Part shown: positions 1 through 14,029 of the stretch, piece after piece
How the letters are laid out: each line of letters begins with the position of its first letter
Position numbering within the stretch: the stretch's first letter is position 1
Origin: Octopus vulgaris
Taxonomy: Eukaryota
Assembly (NCBI GenBank): GCA_951406725.2
Contig: OX597831.1
Span: 52,080,001 to 52,144,000 of the forward strand
Direction: 5' to 3'
Length of the DNA: 64,000 nt
Translations under genes and position numbers: made by a program
The notes under the pieces: model-generated
Database searches by the model: none
What the model saw: the letters and a program-made list of their open reading frames with translations, nothing else
Told to the model about the DNA's origin: nothing

Positions 1-3000
1 CCTTGCTAAAATCTCTGGCCCTCTGCCTAAATTAGGAAATTATTATTAATTATTATTAAGGTGGTAAGCTGGCAGAATTTTTAGCACACTGGACAAATTG
101 CTTAGTAGCATTTCTTCCAGCTTTATGTTCTAAGTTCATACTCCACTGAGGCTGACTTTACCTTTCATCCCTTCCATGGTCAATAAAATAAGTGCCATGT
201 GAGCATTCGGGTTGATGTAATTGAATAACTCCTCCTCCAAAATTTCAGGCCTTGCGCCTAAAGTAGAAAGAATTGTTGTATAATGAAACTCTACATCCCT
301 CCTGGTAAAAAGTGGTAGTAGGCAGCCATTATAAATAGACCATTAGCTGGTTGAAGGTGGAAGGTCAGAGAAGGTCGAGAGTACGTGTAGACTGTGTTGA
401 TAGTTGTGTCTGTGCCGATCTAGTAATTATACTGTGATACTGAGTGGATGTTATATCGATCTAAGCCTCTTGAGGATAATAACACTGTACAACTGGGGGT
501 CGTACAGTGTCAGATATAAACATTCTATCGATGACTTCAGAATATAACACTATCTGTCAAAGTGACAACCGTTGTCAAAAGACAGATACAACAGTGGCAA
601 AAGACTGCTTTACAACAATTATTAAGGTGATGAATTAGCAGAAGTGTTAGTAAATCAGACAGTATGCTTAGCAGCATTTCTTTCAACCATTTATGTTCTG
701 AGTTCCAATTCTACTGAGGTCAGCTTTGCCTTTAATTCTTTCAGTTTTGATAAAATAAAATACCAATTAAGCATTGGTGTTGATTTAATTGATTAAACCT
801 TTACCCAAATAAAGTAGCTGTTGTACACTGGAGTTGACTTACTTGACCGCTACTTTCCAAAAATGTGTGGTGTAATGATTTTAGCCAATCCACTGGTGAT
901 GTTGTCTATCTATACTTTGTTGCAATGTCTTATTACAATTTTTCTTTTTATATACTTGTGTGCTTATCTTGAACCTTCTACTACAGCCTCAGGTGGGCTA
1001 AAACCTTGTGAGCAGAAATTTTATGTATATGTGTGTGTGTACCTCTTATCTTGATATTGTGTGATTGTTGGAAATGAGTATCATCATCATACAAGCAGTT
1101 TCATTCGTTTCCAATCTTCCATGAAAGTATATCTGGCTATGGGAAAATATATTACCTTGTTTGGAAACAGGTGCAGGTTGGTGACAGGAAGGTCATCCAA
1201 CCATAGAAAATTTGCTTCAACAAATTCTGTCTAATTCATGCAAGTGAGCATTAAATGATGATATCTATGTATAGTGTTGGGCAGAATACTTAGTGATATT
1301 TAGTTAGTCCTTTATATTTCAAGTTCAAATGCCACTGATGTTAACTTTGCAAAGTACTGGGGTTGATTTAATCGACTAACTCCTTCCTCTAGCTTTCTGG
1401 CCTTGTCCTTTTGCTAGGTTAAAAAATGTATTTCTTTGATATTAAATGAATAGAATAATTATTTTTTATCAGCCCTAATAATTATCTATGCTATTTGATA
1501 CTTTTTACTCCTAAGTCACTCCATATTGAGTAAACCTTTTATCAAAGATATTCCAATCATGGCCATCCTACCATTTTGTATATCTAAGACCATCTTGTCC
1601 TATGTGTCCTTTCTTTGTTAAAGTAGGGTATGTGTGTGATTTGAGAGAGGAATTTGACTGCTATTTTTAGCAGGTTAAGCAACCATGTAAATGCTAGATA
1701 TCAAGGTTGTAGGTTCCAAGTACAACTGTTCCAAGCCACATCTTTGTAATTATTTTAGTAAATAAACCAATATATTTTCTATCTCCTGTCTTACGTCTTC
1801 CTTGATTCAGTTATAATATAGTACTCTTCCTCCAAATATAATAAACAATCTGCTGTTGAAATACCATCTTTATTTCCTCCACATGGAATGCTACAAATAG
1901 CAGACCAAAGTTCCCTTTTTATAAAATTTTCATCTTTTAGTCAGGGAAGCAGTGCTCATGAAACTTTACAAGGTCTCTGAGACTAGTGAGAGGAGAGGGG
2001 GAATGAGGAAGATATCCTCTAACTGGAGACCTGGCTCAGAGTGAACTCCACTAAAAGCACCCAAGGACCAAATGGTGGTGTTGGTCTTGGCAGGATTTGA
2101 ACTCAGAATGTGAAGAGCTGGAACAAAGGCATTAAGTTATTGCATCAGATTTTCTAGTGTTTCTGCCAGACCATTATTTTAAACTGGTACTTTAATTTGA
2201 TGGCTTCAAAAAGATGAAAGGCAAAAAAAAAAGTTAACCTCAGTGGGATTTGAACTCCTTAAATAAAAATATACTGGATAATATATTTTTAGATATTTCT
2301 AAAAAGACAAGATAGTCATGGGTGGAATGCTTTCGATCTTAGCTTTGCTCAGTCAACACCTTACCATTGCAATCTATTATAACAAAGCATTAATCCACTG
2401 TGGCCTTTTTAAAAATATTCTAATGTGAGATATATAACAATTTGATACTTTCCTTCTGAAAATATTATTCAGTTTTTGTCTGCAGCAACTGTTGTGCTGT
2501 AGCCCTCATGCCTCATCAGTATGTTAAAATTTAATATAGTCATAAACACTTTACATTTTATTAAATATTTTGAAAGTGGTCCTTTCAGAATTATACTTAG
2601 ACCCTTCACTCCCTATGAAGCATAAGCTGTTGATGACTTTACTCCATCGTTCTTGACTCTGAGCAGTCTTTTTACCTTTTTTTCAGTTAGATCCCAGCTT
2701 TTCCAGCTCTTCTTCAATACCCCATATGTTTCACTGAAGGAAGGCCTTCCTCTCCCAGGTCTTGTTGGTTTTGAATTGTCATAGATGCACCTGTAACTTT
2801 GCCTATTTGCTAGGGAAGGATATCGGTCCTACACAAACCCATTTTTGCCTCACGGGGGAAGAGGTGATCCATATTGGTCAGACCTCTATCCTTTGATCTT
2901 TCCAACATAGAGAGACTCCCAACAAGAACTTGTATGCCACTGTTATAGCTCCTAGGGTCATTGAGACACACAAGTCATCATCTCATAATGAGGATTAGAT

Positions 3001-3443
3001 TTTGTGGTGGTTTTAGAATTATATAATAATCCAATGTAGGCCTAAACCCTATACATTGGTAACTGCTACTGGTGACTGTTTAGTGTTAATTTAAAATTGG
3101 TATTACTTGCTTATTATATTGATAATATTTATTTTTTTAGTAGACAATCTACTATTAAGCCTAATGCCATTGTTTTTTGTTGCTCTGATATTCTTGTCTG
3201 TTGTTGATCTGATGTTCTTGTATGTTGTTGCTTTGATGTTCTTGTCTGACATCCTTTAATATATCAATAGTCAGTTACTGGGTTCATGTTGTATATGTAG
3301 AGGCTAACACATGGTTTATATTATTCTGTATGTAGACCTGTTCACATTGGTATAACATTCTATTTTATGTACAATATGAAACTAATAGGCTAAGTTTCAA
3401 ATTTTTTATAGGTACTCTACTGCTAGACTGACATTCTTCTGTA

Positions 3444-4050
3444 TGAGGTCTGATCAATAAGTATCCAGACTGTTGCTATAGTAACAAAGCTAAAGCATGC
3501 AGAGTTAAGCTGCTTGGCAAAGATTGACCTTGAACTCTGATGTGCATGCACACTGAGTTTTAACGTTCTAGCTCACTTCTGCTGCTTACAACAGTGCTTG
3601 GAAGGAAGGTGTGTAGCGTGTGAGCATTGCATTGACCATGACAGAGAAAGTTGTCGTGGTGATATCTGCTCAGAAGCCTACGCAAAGTGCAGAAAGTGTA
3701 TGGAGAGGAGTGCATGAGTTGCACACTAGTGTGTGAGTGGTTCAGACATTTTCAAGATGGCCGAAAAACTGTCGATATTGACGAACATCCTGGGATACCT
3801 GCAACCAGCAGAGCTGAGAAAAACATCGCGGATGTGCATGCAGCTGTGAGGGGAAATCGTTGAATTACCATCTGTGAGTTATCAAAGAATGTGCAGATTA
3901 GTTACAGTTCAGTTCAGTCCATCTTCACTAAAGATTTGGGTATGAGATGCATATCTGCTAAGTTTGTGCCCAAACTGCTTTCAGCTGACCAAAGAGACAC
4001 TCAGGTTTCAGTTGCACAAGATGTCCTTGATTGTGTCGAGAATAATCAAA
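3444..4050 (+). mobile_element. Mariner-family DNA transposon remnant (5' TIR plus N-terminal transposase)
   Basis: TA followed by TGAGGTCTGATCAATAAGTATCC TIR-like start; degenerate peptide ISAKFVPKLLSADQR (WVPxxL motif). Confidence 0.75.
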
Positions 4051-4167
4051 ACATTTTTCGAAAATTTTGTGTAAGTCTTAATTTGCAAAGTGTTACCGTT
4101 GATTACTGTAGTAACTTATACTCCCAAACGGCTGAATAAATGAGCTAGCCATTATGTGTGAATTGAA

Positions 4168-4243
4168 GTCTTCCAGCCATTTCTGGGATAACCCAAGTGA
4201 TTGGTTAGTATGTCCTCACACTGGGTATTCTGTCATCAGAGAC
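4168..4243 (-). ncRNA. Degenerate hammerhead ribozyme-like motif
   Basis: Minus strand: GUCU-CUGAUGA-long stem II (AUACCCAGUG/CACUUGGGUUAU)-GAAA-UGGCUG-GA-AGAC; cleavage triplet mutated. Confidence 0.5.
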
Positions 4244-4389
4244 AAGGTATGAATATTTAGACAGGGAAAATTTACAGTTTACAAGGAATAAAATAGAAGA
4301 ATAAAAAGTAAAGGTAGTTTGAAGAATATAGGCAGGAGAATAATGTTCGCAATTCATCGTTTTCCAGTATCAAAGCATAAAAAATATTC

Positions 4390-5364
4390 TAAATGCTCTG
4401 AAATCATCAGAGCACCTGAATTTATCCAGCAAGTTCAACAAACCATTGATTTCAATCCCAGAAAGTCCATGAGGTCAATTGCAAAAGATCTCTATGTGTC
4501 AGAAGCAACAGTCAGAAATGTTGTCCATGAAGACATCAGATATAAATCTTATATGATGAGGAAAAGACAATTTATGTTAGAAAAAGCAAAAGAAAATCAC
4601 TACATCAGATCTAAAAGGCTCTTAAACAAACTGAAAAATCCAGCAGAAGATTTGATTTGGTTTTTCTCAAATGAGGAAAACTTTGACCAAGATCAAAAAG
4701 AAGTGGCAGATGGTTATGTGCAGACCCTTCTGAAGTTCCAAGTGTTATGCATACAAAATTTCTTGCAACTGTCATGGTTTTAGGGGGTGTCAACAATGAA
4801 GGACATGTGATGCCTCCTTACTGCTTTCCACACGGCCTTAGAGTTAACTCTACCGCCTACATTGAGGTCTTGGAAATAATTGTTAAGCCCTAGATAGACA
4901 GTGTATGCAATGGAAGGCCATATGTGTTTCAGTAAGGCTCTGCACTATCACACATGGCTCTAGTAATACAGGAATGGATGGCTGAAAATTTTCATGATCA
5001 CATAACCCCTAACATTTGGCCTCCTAATTCCCCAGATCTCAATCCATTGGACTATTATATGTAGAGCATTGTTGAGAGAGAGAGGTCAATGTACATGCCC
5101 ATAACACCAAAGATTCTTTGAAAGTCGCCATAGTCAGAGTAATGTCCAAAATGAACCAAGACCACTTGATTCGAGCATGTAGATGATTTAGATCTCATAT
5201 AGAAGCAATTATTGAAGCTGAAGGTGGTTTTTATTGAATAACATTATAGAAAAGAATGTTTATTTTTATCCTCATAGCATTTTTTTGATAAATCAAGTTA
5301 TTTTCTGTCATTATAAATCTGTTTTTTTGTAAACATCAATCTGTCCTCAAATATCTTAGGCATC

Positions 5365-5367
<3 letters not shown>
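4390..5367 (+). mobile_element. Tc1/mariner superfamily (maT-like) transposon remnant with 3' TIR
   Basis: HTH SMRSIAKDLYVSEATVR, WFFS.E, and WPPNSPDLNPLDY motifs with frameshifts; ends CATCCTG+TA. Confidence 0.8.
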
Positions 5368-5408
<41 letters not shown>

Positions 5409-5411
<3 letters not shown>

Positions 5412-5788
5412 CGCAGGAGTGGCTGTGTGGTAAGTAGCTTGCTTCCCAACCACATGGTTCTGGGTTCAATCGCACTGCGTGGCACCTCGGGCAAGTGTCT
5501 TCTACTATAGCCTCAGGCCAACCAAAGCCTTGTGAGTGGATTTGGTAGATGGAAACTGAAAGAAGCCCGTCGTATATATGTATATATATATATATGTAAG
5601 TGTGTGTATATGTTTGTGTGTCTGTGCTTGACAACCGATGCTGTGTTTATGTTCCCGTAACTTGGCGGTTCGGCAAAGAGACCGATAGGCTTACAAAGAA
5701 TAAGTCCTGGGGTCAATTTGCTTGACTAAAGGCGGTGCTCCAGCATGGCCACAGTCAAATGACTGAAACAAGTAAAAGAGTAAAAGAG
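5409..5788 (+). mobile_element. tRNA-derived SINE, dominant family (AGGCGCAGGAGTGGCTGTGTGG head, internal TA/TG tract, GAAACAAGTAAAAGAG tail)
   Basis: A/B-box-like head; many near-identical copies in the window. Confidence 0.85.
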
Positions 5789-5989
5789 CAATATATATAT
5801 ATGTAATGTATATATCTATTATATATATTATGTATATATCTATTATCTATCTATCTATATATATATATATATATATTTGTTTTTGTCCAAGGACTGAGGC
5901 CATGCTGGGGCACCACTGTTTACTTTGCTACACTTTCACTAAACCTCCTCTGATAGGTGACATTTGGCGGATGAGGAAGTTTAACTATG

Positions 5990-7620
5990 CTGCCCTCATC
6001 TGTGTTTCTTGCCTAGATGTAGGTTCATCTGGAACTCTCGACAGAAGGAGATATAGTTTTTTTTGAAAAAATCCTACATTCATGCCCTGCAGATCTCCAG
6101 GTCTCTCAGGCTTTGTGAGAGGATATTGAAGAGCTGTGGGCCTTCAAAGCCCAAGTTGTTGCAGTATCTGGTCCTGTATCCTGATGGCAATGTTGGGATC
6201 TTTATTACCATGCAGCAGTGCCCCATCCTGCTGTTTGTGTAAGTGACAAAGTCAAAGTTTGGAACAAGTTTTTCTAGGCTTTTCCAGATGTATATTATTG
6301 CATATCTTTCCCACCTTCACTCCAGGGAGTAGAATTTCAACCCTTTCAGTTTCTCCCAGTAGCTGATATGTCACATTGTATTGATCTTCCTTGTGTAGCT
6401 TCACTGGATTGCCTTGAGTTCTATCATTAATTTTACACTGTTTGGTGACCACAGTCAGGAGCAGTAATCCAGACAGCTGAGAACAAAAGTCCTTCAGAGG
6501 ACCGTCATGGTTTCCTTTTCTCTTGTTTTGAAAGTTTGAAGGATCCATCCATCCAAACATCTGCATTTTATTGCCAACTTAGTTATGTGCACCTGTAAAG
6601 ATGCATCATTACTCATGTCAATGCCCAAGTCACACACTGATTTTGTTTCAGCAATTGGAATCCCTCCTGGGCCAGTGTATCCTATCTGATTTTCATTGAG
6701 CTTCCTGTGTTGGTAGCACAGGGCTTGGAATTTTCCAGGATTAAACTGCATGTTATTTTCCTCAGCCCATTTGTATATTGAGTCCAATTCTTGTTGCAGA
6801 TGCACAATGTCTCCAGGGTCCTGTATCCTCTGAGAGAATTTTGTATCATCTGCATATCTAGCAAGAGTAGGTACTTGAGCAGCTGAGGACATGTCAGAGA
6901 GGGCCACTATAAATAGCAGTAGCCCCAGGACAGTACCTTGTGGAACACCACTCATTATTTTCTTGGAGGTGGCCCCATTGACCGCCCAACTTCTATCTTT
7001 TAGAAAGTCATGTAGCCATTCTCCAAGTTTTCCAAATATGCCAAGATTTTGAAGCTTGTGACAAATCATACCATGGTTGACTTTCTCAAAGGCTTTTGCG
7101 AAGTTGAGATATATCACGTCTACATTTGAGTTGTTGAGCAGCTGCTTTAGCACCCAGACATAATGGTGCAAGAGCTGTGTCAGGCAGCTTCTACCTGATT
7201 GAAAACCATGGTGGGTGTCAGTGAGCAAGTCATTCTCTTCAAGGAATGCAATTAATTTCCTTTGGACTATTCATTCCATGACTTTCCTGATGTGTGAGGT
7301 CAGAGACATAGGCCAATAGTTTTTAGCATCTGCTCTGCTTCCTCCTTTATGGATAGGGCATATTATTCCCTCCTTTAGTTTATCCAGGAGCCTACCATTT
7401 GTGAGGAAGCCCTGAAAAAGTAGCTGCAATGGTTTTGCAAGGACTTGTTTGCATGACTTGAGAAGGATTGCTGGGAATCCATCAGGGTTAGAAGCTGAGT
7501 TTGCACCTATATCATCTATTGCTAGCATTACATCATTTTCTTCGATGTTGATGTTATCAATTCTTACTGCCTCCTGTTCAGCTTCTGTAGCAATAAAGAA
7601 TTGTACAGGTTTGTGCATAT
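5990..7620 (-). mobile_element. CR1/L2-group LINE reverse transcriptase remnant
   Basis: ORFs 7271-7618 and 6494-7228 with QHGF.GRSC-like, SGVPQGTVLG and YADDTK motifs; broken frames. Confidence 0.88.
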
Positions 7621-8577
7621 AAACTTCTGATGTATGATCTCTAGTATTTCAGTCTATAAGTGAAGCAAACATTGCTCAGACTTCGGCTTACTGAGTATAA
7701 GTTCCAGGAAAACTAAAATGATATGTACTATAATTTATTTAACTTAAGTATTACAACAAACAAAAATACATATTTAAAAAAGTGATGCTCATTTACAACC
7801 ATTACATGAGACCAAGAAAAGGATTATATATACGTATGTACTTGGGGACATACACACAAATACATACATATATATATAGGTATGGCATTAGGAAGGGCAT
7901 CCAGCTGTAGAAACATTGCCAGATAAGACTGGAGCCTGGCTTCCCAGATCCCCGGTCGAACCGTCCAACCCATGCTAGCATGGACAACGAACGTTAAACA
8001 ATGATGATGATGATGATGATGGTGATGCGAACAGGAAAAACAGAACTAAAAATATGAGCATTTGTATATTTTTTATTAATATTTAGCAGAAGCGGCAGAG
8101 TGACTCAAGCGCTAAGAGCTTTGTGTGTTGGCTCTTATCAAACTATATCATCATCATCATCATCATTTAATGTCCATCTTCCATGCATACATGCATAGGA
8201 CAGTTGACAGGAGCTGGCCTTGTAGAAAAATTACTCTAGGCTACTGTATCTATTTTGGCAGGGTTTTTACAGCTGGATACCCTTTCTAACACCAGCCACT
8301 CTACAGACTGAATTCAGTGCCTTTTACGTGGCACTAGCACAGACGAAGTTAGTTTTGGCATAATTTTTACAGCTAGATGCCCTTCCAAATGCCAACCACT
8401 TTACATTATCATCATCGTCATAATCATTGAAAGTTTATGTTCCATGCTGGCATGGGTTGAATAGTTTGACAGGATCAAGTGGTGTCATGGATTGTATCAT
8501 GCTTCGGTGTCAGTGTCTGCCTTCATATGATTTCTGTGGCTGTTTTGGAAAATTCTTCTACTCTCCTTATTTTGCAG

Positions 8578-8689
8578 GCTTCCTTTACCGAAATTTGAAC
8601 GTCTTGGACAATGGAGAGTTGCTTCTTCAGGCATTCGGCAGCAGAACATCTTCAGTTGCCCTGTAACCACCAAGCCTCTTGATATAAAG
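8578..8689 (+). CDS. VWA8: VWA8 coding exon 1 of 20 in window (LPLPKFERLGQWRV...CPVTTKPLDIK)
   Basis: tttgcag acceptor and AAG|gttagt donor; phase 2 to 0; resembles the vertebrate VWA8 segment ending CPVE...DIK as I recall it; joins the next exon in frame. Confidence 0.85.
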
Positions 8690-9190
8690 GTTAGTGAAAT
8701 TTTCATATTGTGCTAAGCCTTCAAATTTTATTAGATGTTAGCCAAGAGTGGTAGGCATGATATGTTTATCTGGTTTAACATCATCATCATCTGGCTTTTT
8801 TGGTATTTTTACCAGAGTCCTTGCCTCCTTTTGCAAGCATTCAGGCCAGGTTTTCTGGCTCTGGTTCCTCACTTCTTTCCTCACTTCTTTCAAACAACCT
8901 TTGAGGCCCTGAAAAGAGTCTAACCTGCCTCTTCAGTCTAGTTATATCTCTATCTTTTATGGGAATCCTTCACTTCCTGAAAATCTGGCTGTAACACGAA
9001 ATTTCATAATGCGAAATTAATTTTCCAATTGATTTTCATATTATTGAGATTGCATTTCTACAAACTTTTTTGAGGAAAAAAAAAAAGTATTAGAAAACAA
9101 TAGAGAACAAGTAACATGATCAGCTTTATATATGAAAATGACTATTTTTAAACAGACATGGCACAATATATCTTCTTTTTATCTTCTTTT

Positions 9191-9580
9191 ATCTTTTATT
9201 TGTTTCAATCATTTGACTGCGGCCATGCTGGAGCACCGCCTTTAGTCGAGCAAATCAACCCCGGGACTTATTCTTTGTAAGCCCAGTACTTATTCTATCG
9301 GTCTCTTTTGCCGAACCGCTAAGTGACGGGGACGTAAACACACCAGCATCGGTTGTCAAGCAATGCTAGGGGGACAAACACACAAACACACACACATATA
9401 TATATATACATATATACGACAGGCTTCTTTCAGTTTCCGTCTACCAAATCCACTCACAAGGCATTGGTCGGCCCGGGGCTATAGCAGAAGACACTTGCCC
9501 AAGATGCCACGCAGTGGGACTGAACCCGGGACCATGTGGTTGGTTAGCAAGCTACTTACCACACAGCCACTCCTGCGCCT
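9191..9580 (-). mobile_element. Dominant-family SINE, CpG-rich (young-looking) copy
   Basis: Reverse complement of the 5409 family. Confidence 0.85.
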
Positions 9581-9769
9581 ATGATAGATATGTAAAAACA
9601 TAAAAATCATTTCAAGAGGGATAAGTTAGGGAATTAATAAGTATTGTAATATCATTAGAGTACGTTCTTATCACAAAAGATGTTGGCTGCTGTGTGAGAG
9701 GTGGTGGTGGAATGGGCATTACTAGAAGCACGAGGGACAATATTTTTTTATTGTTCATTATCATGAACA

Positions 9770-10985
9770 TCAGCTTGAGGGGTGAAGAACTTATCCAAAA
9801 ATATTTCTTGTTTATGACACATTGTCTCTTTGTACAACTCAGTATAAAAAACTGAGCTCATTGTAAACTCCTCTATTAATTTTTATGTCATGTTCATGAT
9901 TAGGATCATTATCTGCAAAATCCAACAGACCTTTCTCTATATGTGCCAACTCTTTAGCAATACTTTTTATAGGCAATTTAAGTGGTCTAGGTAGTACTTC
10001 TGTTGTCTCATCTTTTCTTTTTCTAACAATATCAACTCTTTGTTAAATGAACTTCTTCTCTGGGACACTAGCAACTCAGTCACATCATCCTCTATGACTT
10101 CTTCAGTATTATAACTTGTAATTGTCACAATATCTTTCCGAATTTGATGTAGATTTTCTGCTTGAGGAAGGCTTGTAATGTCTTGGATACAGTCTGGCCA
10201 TATACTTCTCCAAGCACTATTCAAAGTTGAAGGTTTCACTTCATCCCACGACTCTGCTTTATTATCTACAGCATCCGTTATGTTGAATTTCTTGCAGAAA
10301 TCTCTGACAGTAGGTTTATTCTCCTTGTCAATTGCTTTCACGAGTTGTTTGAAAGATTTCATAATCTTCTCATATAATGTACCTTGGCATTTGCTATTTT
10401 ATCTTGATCCATTGGCTGGAGCAAAGAAAGTTGTATTGGAGATATATTCTACTCACACATTAGCAGAAAGATCATATAAGTTTGCTGGATGGCTTGGTGC
10501 ATTGTCCAAAAAAAGCAATGCTTTGTTGGAAATATGTCTGAAACTGTTCCTTTCTATAGCAGAATGAGAAATGTTTGTAAAGCACTCTTTGAAAAGGCTC
10601 TTAGTCATCCCTTTTTTCTTATTTGAATATCAAATCAGAGGTAGATTAAACTTGGTGTAACTCTTGAAAGTCTTTAAATTTTCTGGCTGATACACATGTA
10701 GGGGGTTTTAATTTCACATCACCAGCAGCATTTCCTCCTAAAAGCAGTGTCAGACAATTTTTAGAAGCTGATTTTTCTTAGAAAACAGAAGTTTTAGCAG
10801 GCATGCACTTCTGGAAAAGTGAATTTTCATCGACATTACATACTTTTCTCCAGCTGCTCAGGATAATTAGTTGCAGCCTCTGTATCAGTGCTTGCAATTT
10901 CACCAGTCATTTTTATGTTGTGCAAATTCAGCCATTACCTACCAAAAAGGGTTTTTCATTAGAAGTTTCACCTTTCTTTTTTAGC
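9770..10985 (-). mobile_element. pogo/Tigger (CENP-B-like DDE) transposase remnant
   Basis: Minus-strand peptides LLLGGNAAGD, LDNAPSHP, PMDQ, and WDEVKPSTLNSAWRSIWP. Confidence 0.8.
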
Positions 10986-10999
10986 AAATCATGAAAGGT

Positions 11000-11640
11000 G
11001 AAGGATGTCTTCTAGCATCTGATCAAAAGCACATCAGGCTAATTACATCATGGGAAAATCTGACACTGTTTCAGGCAGATTCTGCTGGTTTCCTTGAATG
11101 TTTCCTAACCCAGGATGAGTATTGGGTTCATCACATTGAGCTGGAGTGGAAACACTCTTCTTCACCTACTCCAAAGAAAACCAAGGTCGTTTCATCAGCA
11201 GGGGAGGTGATGGGCTCAGCTTTTTGAGATGCAAAAGGCATTGTGCTTATTGACTATTTTCAAAAAGACTACACCATCAATGAAAAGTTCTATGCTGAGA
11301 CAGTTATAAAAAGCTATCATACCAAATGCTCTGAGAAACTGACGAAAGGGGTTTTGTTTGATCAGGACAATGCTCCAGCACACAAGTTTTTGCTTTCAAT
11401 GGCTGCTGTGTGTAATTGTAGCTTTGAACTGTTGATCAGTCTATGTTATATTTGATTTGGCTATATCTGATTCTCATCTGTTCCCCAACATGAAAATCAC
11501 TTGTCTGGGAAGCAGTATTGCAGTGATGATGATGTCATATCTGCTGTTGATAACTTTTTTGACCAACAGGGCGAAAGTTTCTTCATGAAGGGATCCAAGC
11601 ACTGCAACACTGATGGAAAAAGTGTGTGGACTGCAAGAGA
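11000..11640 (+). mobile_element. Mariner (DD34D) transposase remnant
   Basis: TQDEYWVHH, WKHSSSPTPKK..SAGEVM and QDNAPAH motifs with stops. Confidence 0.82.
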
Positions 11641-12065
11641 GGAGAAAAAACAGAGGGAGGAAAAAAATTAGTCTGGATTAATAGTTTCATATGCTGTCAA
11701 CAGGTTTCTTCACAGTTTCCATCTACCAAATTCATTCACAAGGCATCGGTCAGCCCACGGATTATAGCAGAAGACACTTTCCCAGTGTGCCACAAAGTGG
11801 GACTGAACCTGAAACCAAGTTTCATAACCACACAACTGTGCCTGTGCCTATATGATCTGAATGCAGTGATGTATTGGTGTTAGGATCAAGTGTGTCATCA
11901 TCATCATCATCATTGTCATCATCATCATCATCGTTTTTGTCATTGTCACTATAATCATCAACATCATTGTTATCATCATCAATCCTCATGGTGATTGTTT
12001 CTCATTTTTTTTTTGCGGAAAAAAGAATTAATGTTTCTATTTATAATTTTTTTCTGTATCCTCAG

Positions 12066-12207
12066 GGACCGCTGCCACTGCCACAAGAAGTTATAACTAT
12101 TGACCGGACTGAGAGTCGTTCCAATAATACTTTTACTGAAAGAGAAGCCCAATGTTTGCTTCCCCTTGATGAAGGTAACATTGTCGCTGATTTGGCTGTT
12201 ACCAAAG
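12066..12207 (+). CDS. VWA8: VWA8 exon 2 (GPLPLPQEVITIDRTESRSNNTFTEREAQCLLPLDEGNIVADLAVTK)
   Basis: cctcag acceptor and AAG|gttggt donor; phase 0 to 1; FTE..PLDE.N motif as in VWA8. Confidence 0.85.
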
Positions 12208-12259
12208 GTTGGTCATTCTCATATTTCCCTTTACAAAATACATACATACACTCATACAT

Positions 12260-13028
12260 ACAGGAGATTGTCGCAAAGTACTTGGTGAACAAGAGGGACA
12301 GTGACGCTCTTGTAATCCCAAGGTGCAACCGCATGTGTAGGCTATGTCATGTTTCTGTGGCAGGCATCATGCATGTGATTAGCAGCTGTCCTAAAATGTT
12401 GTCATGGTACTACTTCTCAATGTGGCATGATGTTGTTGCTAAAACAATTTAAAATGCTATCCGCAAAAAGACTGTCCTGAAATAAACTTAGAAAACCCCT
12501 CTGTTATGGAATACATTCATAAGCACCAACTCAAGGAATACTGGTGGAATATTCCCATCAAAACTTCTGAAAAAATGTAAACATAACAGACCGGATATTG
12601 TTGTTTGGGACAGAGGGGCAAAGGTATGTACCATCATAGAGGTCAGCTGCCCGACATATAAATATCTCTTTGAAAATCCAAGAAAAAGAGGATATCTATG
12701 GACAACAGCTTCGAAACTGCCAGCTTCTATATCCAGACTATGAATTTATTTTCATACCATTAATAATTGGAGCACTAAGTTTTGCTAGTAAATGTTTAAA
12801 GGAGAATCTGGATAAACTGGGATTTTCAGAAAGAGAAATCAACTGGCTAATTCGTACATTACAAGTGTAGTCTGCAAGTGGAACAGTAAAAATATGCAAG
12901 ACTTTTCTCAAGTTCCAAATGTAAATTTGTCTGTATTAACTATATCCCAAAGACAGAGCCTTGTATGTTTGTTGGAAACTGGTTCCCTCCTCAGTGAAAA
13001 ATTTATATAATTAAAAAATAGAAGAGAC
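12260..13028 (+). mobile_element. R4/Dong-like non-LTR retrotransposon 3' end (CCHC knuckle plus restriction-like endonuclease)
   Basis: CRLC..HVISSC..HDVVAK and HNRPDIVVWD..IIEVSCP motifs; flanked by (CATA)n on both sides. Confidence 0.78.
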
Positions 13029-13503
13029 ATACATACATACATACATACAATGTGTACTTTGGCATGGTTTCTACAGCTCATTGCCCTTCTGAATGTCAGT
13101 CACTTTACAGAGTGTATTGGGTGCTTTTTCCATGGCACTAGCAATAGTGAGGTCATCATGTACTTGCAAGACAAGACCCCCTCAACTGAGTGTGGTATTG
13201 CACTGAAGGATACGAAAGTATGATAGAGGGTCAGAAGCAAATGCCTTGCTGAAGCGGTGAAAGCATGAAAACAGGTGGAGTCCTATTCTCATCAGCTAAA
13301 TGGCCTTGCCCAGTTTGTTGAACAAAAACAAAAAACTGATAGAAATTTCATGCAATGTTCCCAGTGCAAACTATGGATATACTGGAGGTGCAACAATTGA
13401 ATTACAGACAAGTTACAGAAAAGTAGACTTTGTATGAAACAATAAACATTTTAATAATAATAATGATGATGATGATAATGGTACCATTGTTTGTTTGTTT
13501 CAG

Positions 13504-13721
13504 CTGAGCATCGTAGTGCTGGCCAATCTATCAAAGATATGATCCATGTGGCCACATGTAACCCAATTTCAGTGATTAGCATTGATGCCAAGTCTGTTCA
13601 CGGGAAACTCACTGAACTGTACGAACTGTTCCCACCAGTCAGCATGGCATATCGGCCAAAAGTGAAACTGACAGCCCTCTCTGCACCACTTGATGATACA
13701 CTAATACTACACGAGGAATGC
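13504..13721 (+). CDS. VWA8: VWA8 exon 3 (..HVATCNPISV..LSAPLDDTLILHEEC)
   Basis: tttcag acceptor and gtaagt donor; phase 1 to 0; TCNP and PL...LHE motifs. Confidence 0.88.
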
Positions 13722-13782
13722 GTAAGTTTTTGAACCTGTAACTATAGGAAAAGGGAGAAGATAGCAGCAGTTAAACCAGCTG

Positions 13783-14010
13783 CTAATCCTTTAGCATTTA
13801 AACTGGCCATATCTGGTCTAAATTTTCTACCTGTTTTGTGCTCAAACTGGCCAGATCTGGCTTCTCACACATACCCTACAATATCATTCTAAAAATAAGC
13901 AATCACATCATCAAAATCTTGAAGCTACGAGATAATGCATGATAAATTCAAAGCAACATCAATAAATAACCATTCCATTTGACAGAGTAATGTGAGTGCT
14001 AGAGGGTTAA
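13783..14010. mobile_element. piggyBac-type MITE
   Basis: Ends (C)TAATCCTTTAGCATT ... TGCTAGAGGGTTAA; homologous to 63633-63863. Confidence 0.65.
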
Positions 14011-14029
14011 GCAAGTATGATACAAGCGA

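Noticed and set aside
2460-2525. Minus-strand CUGAUGA followed by a GCUACAGCA/UGCUGCAGAC stem
   Set aside because: May be a very old hammerhead, but GAAA, stem III and stem I are too degraded to support a call.
1-8577. Additional upstream VWA8 exon
   Set aside because: No segment matching the expected preceding peptide with a phase-2 donor was found; it probably lies upstream of the window.
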